64,000 nucleotides of DNA from assembly GCA_035221665.1 (NCBI GenBank), contig JAVHYY010000086.1, positions 434,001 through 498,000 on the forward strand, in the 5' to 3' direction. This DNA comes from Okamejei kenojei. Its lineage: Eukaryota. The position numbers and the translations under genes are program-made. Every line of letters starts with the position of its first letter. Position 1 is the first letter of the stretch. Below, one piece after another: positions 50,641 through 61,746 of the stretch. The notes under the pieces were generated by a model. That model was given only the letters and a program-made list of their open reading frames with translations. It was not told the DNA's origin and searched no databases.

Positions 50641-50945
50641 CTCCGTGGGACTCAACCCGCAGTAAAACACAACGGAGTCTCGTAGCTGCGTTTCAGACAT
50701 TGTCCGCGAGACGGTTAACTTCGAAAGATCAAGCGGCGCCGAAAACCATTTCCCTGGATGTTTCGCCACCTCGCTATACTTGTGTACGTGCAGAAGAAAC
50801 GCGATGGAGGCACCGGAAATCTGTCGGTACCACAATATATTCGGATGGGTGCTGATAGTTGTGTAATAGCAGTGGATCGGGACATCGGCCCCTTCATTTG
50901 CACTGACCGCAGAAGCGTTTGTTGCACGGAGTCTCCTGCACCATA
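50641..50945 (-). pseudogene. TCR V pseudogene V6, convergent with V5
   Basis: GAGDSVQQ../EGADVPIHCYYTTISTHPNILWYRQISG..TQLRDSVVFYCGLS, then heptamer CACGGAG (50641-50647). No nonamer; one frameshift; 5' end abuts a LINE and no leader was found. Confidence 0.85.
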
Positions 50946-50959
50946 AAAATTAATGAATG

Positions 50960-51815
50960 AATTAATTAATACGTCTATTGGCCAAGCATTCATACACAAA
51001 TAATTTGCCTTGGTGCTCCGCCCGCAAGTGACATTCAGTGACAGTTAGTAATGCCACATAAAATATTAAACAATAATAATAATAAAACATTATCGATTAA
51101 ACGTGCGAATTAAATAAAATACCAGTGCAAAAGGAGGGTACAGATTGTTGAGTAGAGCTGCTGGTTTTTGAGTAGAGCTACTACTCGTGGAAAAAAACTG
51201 TTTTTTATGCCTGGATGTGGCAGCTTTGAGTGTCCGGAGTCGCCTTCCAAAGTGATATAAAGAATTTATGGTCAGGATAAGAGGGGTCAGAGATGATCTT
51301 ACCCGCTCGCTTCCTGGCCTTTGTAGTGCGCGGTTCGTCAATGGAGGTAAGGTTGCAGACAACAACCTTCTCTGATCGGAAGTTTCGCTGCAGGCTCCGG
51401 ATGTCGTGCTTGGTGGCTGAGACAAACCTAGCCATGATGGAGAAGGTGAGGACAGACTCTGCCATGGCTGTAGAGAATTGGACTACCATTGCCCGTGTCA
51501 GATTGTGCTTCCTCATCTGCCGCAGCAAGTACATCCTCCGTTGTGCCCTTTTGACTGTGGAGTCGATGGTGGCGTCCCATTTATGGTCCTTGGAGATTAT
51601 AGTTCCAGGAACTTAAAACACTCCACAGATCTGACGGCGGTTTGTTAATGGTGAGTCGGGTGAGGGGAGGGGAAGCTCTCCTAAAGTCCACAATCAATCA
51701 CACTGTCTTAAGGGCATTGAGCGATGGCACCAGGATGCCAACTGTGTCATTTCCTGTCTGTAGGCAGATTCCTCCACATCCTGGATCAGTCCAATGAGGT
51801 TTGTGTCATCTTGGT
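50960..51815 (-). mobile_element. Rex1/Babar-like LINE 3' portion
   Basis: QRMYLLRQMRKHNL..ESVLTFSI, KIISDPSYP, TLKAATSRHK. Confidence 0.8.
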
Positions 51816-52299
51816 GGTACAGGGACATAGATTAAATCCTACAATGTCACTCCGGCTACTCACCGGGAAAACATAGAAACATAGAAAATGTGTGCAGGAG
51901 TAGGCCATTCGGCCTGTCGAACCAGTACCACGGGCTCCAACCCATTTACAGTGCGTTGTTAGTTGAAATACGACGTTATTTCGTACATTAATCATTCGAA
52001 TTATAGATCTAAACATCCGATGAACTCAGTGCACAGGAGAACCAGCGTTGTGATTAATGAAGAATCATTCTTCAATTTATTCAATAATTATGTTTCATGT
52101 CTGAAATGCGATATTGGCAGATGTTGCTATAGGTGTTGTTTCACTGTTGACATGTGCCCAGTTGAAGTGAAAACATTGTTTTGCGTGCCATCTTGTTGAA
52201 CCATCCATTCATAATTACAAAATACCATGCAGAATATAGTGTCACTGCCTCAGAGAGCGTTGGGATGTATCAGATGTTCAAGCGGCGCATCCAAGATAG

Positions 52300-53455
52300 A
52301 ATAAATGGGAGGTTATTTAAGACTGAGGTGAGAAAAAACGTTTTCATCCAGAGAGTTGTGAATTTATGGAATTCCCTGCCATAGTGGAGTGGGGAGCAAG
52401 TCACTGGATGGATTTAAGAGAGAGTTAGATAGAACTCTCGGGGTTAGTGTAGTCAAGGGATATGGGGAGAAGGCAGGCTCGGGTTATTGTCGATCAGCCA
52501 TGACCACAATAAATGGCGGTGTTGGCTCGAAGGGCCGAATCGCCTCCTCCTGCACCTATTTTTATGTTTCTATGTTTCTATGACAGTGGGGGTGGGCGAT
52601 CGGAAACACCGCCCCGCTGTTAAACGCAACCGTGACTTGAAAACTTATCAACTGCCTTCATTCATTAATGTGCATATATGTGAAGTTATCCACTTTGGTA
52701 GCAAAAACAAGAAGAAAGATTATTATCTAAATTGTATCAAATTGGGAAAAAGGGTAAGTACAACGGGATCTAGGGTTTTTTGTTCATGAAAGTAAGCATG
52801 CAGCTACAGCAGGCAGTGAAGAATGTGAATGCCATGCTGGCCTTCATAACAAGAGGAGTTGAGTATAGGAACAAAGAGGACCTCATGTAGTTGTATAGGG
52901 CCCTAGTGAGACCACACTTGGAGTAATGTGTTAAAGAAGGAACTGCAGATGCTGGAGAATCGAGGGTACACAAAAGGCTGGAGAAACTCAGCGGGTGCAG
53001 CAGGATCTAAGCAGCGAAGGAGATAGGCGACGTTTCGGGTCGAGAACCTTCTTCAGACCCGAGGATTATTGAAACATATAAGATTATTAAGGGTTTGGAC
53101 ACGCTGGAGTCAGGAAACATGTTCCCGATGTTGGGGGAGTCCAGAACCAGGGGCCACAGTTTAAGAATACGGGGTAAGCCATTTATAATGGAGATGAGGA
53201 AACCCTTTTTTACACAAAGATTTTTGAGTCTGTGGAATTCTCTACCTCAGACGAGGCCAGTTCTCTGGATAATTTCAAGAGAAGGCTAGATGGGGCTCTT
53301 AAATATACAGGGAGAAGGGGATGTGGTGGGGAAGGCATGGACGGGGTACTGATTGGAGATAATCAGCCATAATCACATTGAATGGCAGTGCTGGCGCGAA
53401 GGACCGAACGGCCTACCCCTCCACCTATTGTCCATTGTCTATTGTCTATTGTCTA
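52300..53455 (+). mobile_element. Cluster of CR1 3' fragments with a nested Penelope-derived short repeat (~52933-53060)
   Basis: FIQRVVNLWNSLP, CEVIHFG, RTRGHSLRIRG; (TATGTTTC)n and (TATTGTC)n tails. Confidence 0.85.
53025..53060 (-). ncRNA. Minimal hammerhead-ribozyme-like motif
   Basis: Minus strand GGGU-CUGAAGA-AGGUUCUCGACCC-GAAAC-GUC-GCCU. Confidence 0.62.
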
Positions 53456-55106
53456 CCCTCCCACATACCCTCATGAATGTGTGTGATCATTGGTGTGCTT
53501 CAGACAACGGTCATGTGAACATTACGCTTCGTCATCTATGTCAACGGTTAAGAAGTAAAGATAATGATGAATAGGTTTAAGCCTAACACAAGAATTGGCG
53601 GAGTAGGGCAGCTTGAACAGGAAAATCAAAGGAACTTGACACGGATCTTGATCAACTGGAAAAAATCCAATGGATAACTGATGGAATTTAAGTACTATGA
53701 GTTGCATAATGGTAAATTATATCAGTGAAAGACCGATTAGCAGGACCCCGGGTAGTGGTGGAACATTGGGACGAAGGGGTACAGGTGTATATACTTTCAT
53801 GAATGAGGCTACAAAGATAGACAAAAATGTAGTAGATAAATTACTTGGCCGGATTTCCTTCATCTTTCTCGCCACTGCGTACAATAATAAGTTGGAACGT
53901 CCTGCTCTAGTGGCCCAAGAGCTCGGTGCGTCCACATCGGGAGTTTTCTGTTCAGTTCAGGTCACCTTCGGCTAATTGTGTTGAAAATGAAGCAAATTGC
54001 ATTCCAGCCGCCCCCGCCGCGCTGGGAACCAAAGAGTTTCGGTGTAGCAACTCACCAATATGTTGCCTAATGCATGGAGCTAAACAACCCTCTCCCTGGG
54101 TTACTTAGCGCGGATTTGATTGACGGCAGTTCAATAACAACCGGTCAAATGCTTCGGCCAAAAATCACCGAATGTCGAGTACAGGTGATAACCTACCACT
54201 TCGTACCTTCGTTGTGTTGATTTTAACACCCGTGCCGATCGAGCTGCGGTGTATCCATCAACTCTATGAAGGCCAATTTATTTGAATAAATATTTCTGAG
54301 GATGCACATCAGCCATTAACGTAAGTTAATTATTTATGTGTGTTAATTTATTCAAGTTGCTGGTTTATTTTGTTTCTTCACGTTTTATGTCATCGAGTGA
54401 CGTTCCTTTATAGTAGTTTGTTGTGAAGCGACTTACTCAAAACATCGTGGGAAGTGCTAATGGGAAATCGATCTCCCCGCGATTTACATGGACGGGTACT
54501 CACGCATGTACGCACGGACGCCATTGCTTAATTAGACAAACATTTTGCGCAATGCTGATTTTTAATCAAAGTCAACAATGAGCCTTCGTCCCTCGGCCAC
54601 CGAACATTGAAATAAACACACAGGAATCTATGCAGGTATTTGATTTGTTAAAAGTACTGTTCTCAAATTTAAAGCAACCAACGATCAGTTCATCTAACAA
54701 GATAATTCCATCTATGTTTTAATGGACCGTTAACAAACAAAGAGGCATTGTAGACCAGACAGAAACGCGCAATGTGACTTGCTGGGAGGCTTGACTAGAA
54801 AATTTAACGGCTCAGGATAGGACGAGAAGAGGAAATATAGGGGAATCGATTTCCATAGATTTCGTTCATGGCGCATGATTATACGGCAGCTAGTTTAAAA
54901 GGACCGATATGGGAAGGAAAGTGTTGCCTCGGTAATGCGTTCATAGGATGCCCAGATGTCGCTGTGGGTATTATGAATTCCCTGTAGGATTTATGTCGGA
55001 GAATGAATAAAATGTACGGTTAAATGTTTGGCCAAGCCACGTAGGGAAGCTCGACCATGCAGGGTCATGTTGATTTGGGTTCTGATACAACATGAAGCTC
55101 GATGAA

Positions 55107-55678
55107 CTATATCCGAATAAACGCAAGCATATATTTGAATGCGTGCAGCAACTCTTCCCTGAACCTCCTCTTATTCACCATCTAAATGGCCGTGTTTGTG
55201 CATGAGCTCAGCAGGTGAAGCATAACCCCAATATCTTCAAACATTACAAAATGTCTGATGCAGGTCCTGCGTGCAGAGACTTTCACCAAGTTATGAAATT
55301 TGGCATAGATGTCGCCCAGCGTACGTTAAAGGCTACGGTCCGTGCGGTTCAGCGATTCTGTCCATATCTGTCACTCTATCCCGCGGCGGAGACAACGACG
55401 ATGAGTGGCCAAACATGGAACAACTCCTGCTGTCGCCATTGGCTACTGAAAACCGAAGAGCGCGCTGTACTATAACCACCAGCGTTATCTCAGACAATAT
55501 TTATTTTTTCATAGTTTAGGAAGAATGAATCTACACACAGGCGCCGTAATCTGATGTAATATCACCTCGCAGACAAACACCGAGAGTTCCGCTGTCGCCA
55601 TGGTCACCATGTACCGCGTGATGCATTTGGAGAGACCGCACTTTCCGCGCGACAGGACAACAACCGTCAACAGGTTCA
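55107..55678 (-). pseudogene. GPR139-like GPCR exon 2, copy 4 (divergent paralogue, internally deleted)
   Basis: After cctAG: VNLLTVVVLSRGKCGLSKCITRYMVTMATAEL.., later MLHLLSSCTNTAI*MVNKRRFREELLHAFKY. About 570 bp versus about 900 bp for copy 1 exon 2; the DRF region is missing. Confidence 0.85.
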
Positions 55679-56617
55679 CTAGGAGAAAAAGAGAGAATGC
55701 ATTATGGGACGAGCGAAAACTGTGACCAACTTCAAAACTTTCAATGCTGAAAAACATTCTGAAGTTGAGGATATGCCCTCCAACTCAGAGTATAGTAAGG
55801 ACTGGAGAGTGCCCACTTGTTCCTTGGTTTAAGATGGGAAATGGAGGGAATACAGATAATCACGACGTTGAGTCTCACGTCAGTGGTGGGGAAGTAGTTG
55901 GTGCGGATATTTCCCGATATAATTTACTTCCATATGAAAGAGAATGGACTAATTAGGAACAGTCAACATGGCTTTTTTCAACAAAGATGACATGTGTTAT
56001 TGGTTTGTCGAGTGGTTTGGAGGTGCGTCAAAGGTAATCGATGACTGTAATAATGGTGGTTGTATCTAGATGGAATTCATTTCGGCATTTGATAAAGTCT
56101 GATGTGAGGATGATGCGGTATGTTTGTGGTATGCATAAATGACTTGGATATCAATGCAGATAGGTTGGCTGTCAAAGTGGGATATAGATCAGCTACAGAA
56201 ATGGGCTAGGAATTGGCAGAAGATGGCAAAAAAGTGTGAGCTGTTGATCTTTGAGATATCGAATAGAAAGCGCAATTATACAGTTAATGGCAAGACTCTT
56301 AACCACGATAATGTACATAATCAACTGATGTGATGTGACAGGATTCTTCTGAGAGGCAGATCAGATACAGACGCAGCACAGTGTATGATCAAATATATCT
56401 GTGCCCCAAAACATCTTCCACACACATATATAAACAAATACCTACACACACCCAGAAGGACCGTAGTGACTCTGCATTGGCGCTGATTCTGCTGAGTCAA
56501 TCGCACAATCAATAGTACTTGCTGTAATTATGCTCTTGAGAAAGACACAGCGGATATATATTCCCAACATAAGAAAGAAGAAAGAGTCAAAATACATTAA
56601 TCGATTATGTGAGATAA

Positions 56618-59600
56618 AATAGTAAGATTAAACGAGAACTTACCAGTTTGAAGTTTGATCTTTATTGTATGAGGAGTCGAGTTGAGGACTACGTGAATAG
56701 AAGCCCGTACAGCCGTTGGTGCGTCAATCTTCAAGCAGCGGAATGAATTCACAGCTAACAATGACCGAAGTATAACGGTAAGATGATAAAACCAGAACTA
56801 CCAGATGAGATCAATGAGGGTGGGAGCGGAGGGCACGTAGTCCCTCAACTCGTCTCCTCATAAAATAAAGATCAAACTTCAAACTGGTAAGTTCTCGTTT
56901 AATCTTACTATTTTACTTCGGAGTCACGTGAGTGACTACGTGAAGACTTCAAAGCACTGTGAATTCACGCCGCAGACTCAAATCCGACGTTCACACTGCC
57001 TGGATTGACTCAAAAGTCGTTAACAATCAATCATGCATCAGTAATACATTTGTTAAATGGAATAACAGTTTATTTACAAACAGATCATAACAAACCCCTC
57101 TAACTCAGGGGAAAAATGTAACAGTACTGACACCAGAATCGGCAAACACCCCGAGCCTTGAAATCGGCTTGTGATAAAAACCTCTGAAAATTAGCTCACT
57201 GGACCATCCTGCGGCCGCGAGGACCTTGCAATCGTTTGCACCGACACCTTACTGTGTGTTTTTTTGTGACTAATAAACAAAGCCAACTCTATTCCTCTCA
57301 GAGGTTTAGTAATCTCAATGTAAAGAGATAAATGTGAGACTATACAGAAGCGATCATCTGCGGGGTATGCTGAAAACACCATCTTACATCCTGTCATGCC
57401 TCTTTTATTATGTTTAAGCAAATCATAGATATAAAATATAATGGCATCAGCCGACACATGCATTCTATCTAGCGTAGCTTTTGCAATGTTTGTTGTACAC
57501 GTTGGGCTGAAACCAACACCAGAAGCATGACCACCTTCATAGTTACTTTTGGCTATAGATAGGCTTGTAACCGGAGCCCACTGGCGAAGAAGCATAAAAA
57601 CCTCACTCACATTGCAAAATACCGGCATACCTGAGTTTAGGAGGATTAGAATTGAAACTCCCTTCATGAATCGTGAACTAACGGATGTTGTCCCTACTGT
57701 ATGCAATTCTGCATTCATAGGTAAATAAGAAGACAGAGCACTCCTGGCTGAATTAATTGCACTGTAACTTAAATTGTTTTGGTCAAAATAAAGAGTTGAC
57801 AACTCCAATACATCCGTGATCCCTGACGTGTGGTATACAATATCCTGCTGTAGGCAGAATTGCTCCCACTTCCTTATATAGGTGATATATTGCTGCTGTG
57901 TACTATCCCCTGCAGGCCGACGTGAGAACATCCACCGTCCGATGAGACAGTCCTCTCCTCCCCAGGTATGGCCTCCTTAAATCTGCAAATTAACAGATCA
58001 ATACGATCCTATAAAAGGATGTTGATCCCCCAGTGACTGGATTTACCAGTAGATTTTTATTCTTGGCATAAGCATGTAAGGCTTCCTAAGCCATTTGTAA
58101 TACAACGGGAAACCATGCTCGTGTAGGCCAATCTGGCACTACCAATACCCCTGAAGCGGAGTCCTCCTTGATCTTTTGCAAACATCTGCTGATGAGACAG
58201 AATGAAGGAAATACATACACAAACATTCCTCCCCCAATGCAGCGAAAATGCATCCACTGCTACTGCCCCAGCATCTGGTTACCATGAAACATATCTAGGT
58301 AACTGATGATTTAAATCGAGATGCAAACAAGTCAATATCTGCAATGCATACTGATTCAATCATTTGGTTAAACACATCCTGATTTAACATCCATTCAATG
58401 TTGTCATTAACTGACGTGACCTCTTCCTGGCAAATAAAGTGCTGAAAGCCAGATATTTTGGTCCAAATACACCAGCTCCAAATCTGGTTAGCCAGTCTAT
58501 CACAAGACTGTGACTTAACTCCACCCATGTGGTTTACATATGCCACTGCTGTGGTGTTGTGATCTGAGCTGCACATGCAGATCCCTCCTTGTAGAACAAT
58601 AAGGCTTTGAGCCCATACCAGGTGCCCAACAACTCTAAATAATCAGTCCTCTTAATTTGAGGAAGCGATGTCTCATCCACATTCCATCTGCCTCCACAAC
58701 TAGAAGACATATCTGTTGCACCCCAACCCAGTGCACTCACATCAGTCCTGTAATATCAGTGACGGTGATTTCCACGAAACCTTCCTTAAATTTTTTGAAA
58801 CATGTACTATCCACCATTGTATGTCAGCAATCGCCCCAGCTGACAACTGCATAGGCCTATCAAAAATAGCCCCTTTGTATTCTCAGTGCCTGTTCCTTTG
58901 ATGGTTGTAATTGTTGATAATGCAGAGGACAATACTGCACAGCTGGAAAAGCTGCAACAACTTCCCAATAAAACTGCTACTTTGTCTAATCAAAGGCCGT
59001 TGTTTCTCCAACGAGATTAACACAGTCCTCAATTAACTGATTCAATTGATCCCTGGGCAAAGTTACCAACATGTGATTGGAATTAATGGTAAATCCCAGA
59101 TAATCAATAATTTGGACTGGTGATAATTTAGATTTACCTGGGTGAATAACAAATCCCATTTGTTCAAAAATGATTTTAAACAACTGAAACTGATGATTGA
59201 GTTTTCAGCATGAGTCTTTCCAACAATCAGAAATTATTCTAAATAGGCCCATTACCACATGCCCCTGAGCTCTAAGCAATGCTAACACAGGTTTTACCAA
59301 TTTAGTAAAATAATCTAGGAGCTGAAGTTAATCCATTCGGCAATGTCCTGAATTGCCACAGCTCAGTCATCCAAATAAATTTCAAATATCTTCTATCATC
59401 ACCATGAATAGACACTGCGTAATATGCATTCTTTAAAATCAATGGTTGCCATATAATACCCTTTGGACTCTAGATGTTTGCCCGTGGTAAAGGTCTCCAT
59501 TTTGAAATGCCTATAACAAACAAATTTGGTCAAATTCGATAAATCCCCAGAATAATTCTACATCCCCCAGTCTTTTTAGATCTGGAAATATACTTGACAG

Positions 59601-60797
59601 AAATTGTTGACTTTGATAGACAGAAGGCTCAATTACCCCTTCTCATGTAACGACTGAATCCTCTGCTTGAATAAGCACATTTTCCTCATCTGAAAATAAG
59701 TTTACTACTAGGAAAAATGTTGACTAGGTAGACTGTCCTTATAGTAAAATCCAATTTTTCACCCCTTCAATACACTAAGTATGAACAAATCTGATTGTCA
59801 ACTGCTGCATTGTTTTGAGAAACAATTTTTACCTTCCCCACTTTGAACAGGAACATCAGTTAATTCATTGTCTGTCAATGGTAATTCCTTACCAGCATCT
59901 TTCCTTGCGGCCTTGTTTGTCCTCGACTTCTTGTAGAGAACCTTTTTTTGCCTTGCTTCCAGCTGGCTTAATGAGAGCCATGGTTATAAACAACCTCATA
60001 ACAGTCCTTTGACCCTTTTTGCAAAATTACCACCAAACAACAGATTTCGTGGTGGTACACTGGTTTCAAAATGCATTACAAAGGAGTTCCAGTTCATCCT
60101 GCTGTGCTTCAACCATATCATTTGTATCAATAACTTTCACCACAGCTGTAATACCTGCTGACAACAGTTTTTAAGCATCTATTTAAAACTTCATCTCCTG
60201 GGCCCTAGCAGGTAAACCATCTATGACCAAATTTGGTGACTAACCACCGGTACCTTCAGGACATCTCAATTAACAGGAGCTTTATAGTTTTTTGCTACTT
60301 CATCCATAGCTAGCTCCTGTAACTGGTGGGAGAGCATATACTGAATGGCTTCAGCCAATTCTACATCGATCGCCTTTCCTGCCTCTCTACACTCAGCAAA
60401 CTTCCCAGCAATGTTCGGAATTACCTCCTCACCGGACACCTTACTGCTCTCCGCCAGCAAACTGCCCTGATTAGAACATCCTCCTCACAGGCAGGATAGT
60501 TTTCTGCAGCCCCTGAAACAGGTGCTGCTAGCACAAGCTGTCCATCAGCCCTGGCTTGGGCATCACTCCTCCTCACGGAGCTGGAACATCCTCCTCACAG
60601 GCAGGATAGTTCTGCAGCCCTGAAACAGGTGCTGCTAGCACAAGCTCTCCATCAGCCTGGCTTGGGCATCACTCACTCCTCCTCACGGAGCTGGAACATC
60701 CTCCTCACAGGCAGGATAGTTCTGCAGCCCTGAAACAGGTGCTGCTAGCACAAGCTCTCCATCAGCCTGGCGTGACTCACGTGACCCGAAGTAAAAT
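56618..60797 (-). mobile_element. Second DIRS1-type retrotransposon (different family, 5' part deleted)
   Basis: YR (SYSAINSARSALS), methyltransferase-like (DIDLFASR), RNase H (AYVNHMGG) and RT (GFVIHPGKS) fragments. Same termini and internal complementary region (~56833-56947) as the first DIRS. Confidence 0.93.
60474..60770. repeat. ~110-bp tandem repeat, ~2.7 copies, in the DIRS gag region
   Basis: aacatcctcctcacaggcaggatag..ccatcagcctgg occurs three times. Confidence 0.93.
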
Positions 60798-61746
60798 TCT
60801 ACTTTGTTGGATGAATGTAGCGCTTTCGGGAAGATGTTGGCAATGAAACGGCCATTTAAGTTGAGCAGGACGAACAATTCACTATTTTGAAATCCACCCT
60901 TCATTCACGTCGTTCGCCTCCTCCAAAACACAAACCAATTTTGGATCCAGTTTGCCGAATCGCCTCGGACCACTGTGTTTCAAACGTCTGGACGAACTTA
61001 CACAAGTATCGCCAAGAGCCTTCCCAGAGTTCAGGAATACCGCGTATTTTGCTCTGTCTTCATATATTGTCTTAGATGTATGGTCACTGCAAAATTGTGA
61101 AAGCTGATAGTCCGTTTATTTTAAACCAAGAGCTTCACAGTTGTGTGGGATCTCGTGTGAAGTTTAGAGAGTGGGGAAATGGGCATGAATAAAGCAAGGC
61201 CCCACACTAGCTTTTGATAACAATAAGCTTAAAAATGATGTGGTCATTCGTTATTTACGGATGTAACTTTCTTCCTGCAGCGGATTCGGTGTGCGACGCT
61301 CTCGTACTATCGAGTGTCCCAAATTTGTGGCCAACTCACGTCGTCCTACATTTTGGACGCGAACTTCAGTGAACTACAAGCTCTAACCATTCATCCTCGC
61401 GCTGACGGTGAAGTTGGGATTTGTGCTAACCATTAGGCCCCAGGAATTCCATGTGTATAATGAGATTCCTCATCCATTGCAATAAAGGGCACGACAGGGG
61501 CGACGAACCCCTCGGTTACTCGTTTTCAGTTGTTGCGTCGTACAATCATATCCACGTGTCTAATGCATTAGGCACATTCTAAGGCGCTTTCTGCACATCG
61601 CTGTCAAGGGGCGGAACAGAGCTAGTTCCTCGTGGTGCAAACGTCCACGGCCTGCAGACTTTAATACGAGAGGGAAAACGAAGCCTTTGGCGGATAACAG
61701 GTTATGATCTATTATTCCCTGATTGCCTTCTCCAGATCCGAAGACT

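Noticed and set aside
19895-50945. NAR-TCR, IgNAR-like or IgH-like V segments
   Set aside because: All six V exons have TCR-type FR1 and WYRQ-type FR2 (Leu in V1). No NAR-type V, leaderless supporting V with an extra Cys, or D/J cassette was recognisable.
60474-60770. Regular repeats resembling an array such as CRISPR
   Set aside because: Plain tandem duplication with no unique spacers, inside a eukaryotic retrotransposon.
61270-61380. Acceptor followed by ADSV.. resembling a V exon start
   Set aside because: No Cys/Trp framework, YYC motif or RSS follows.
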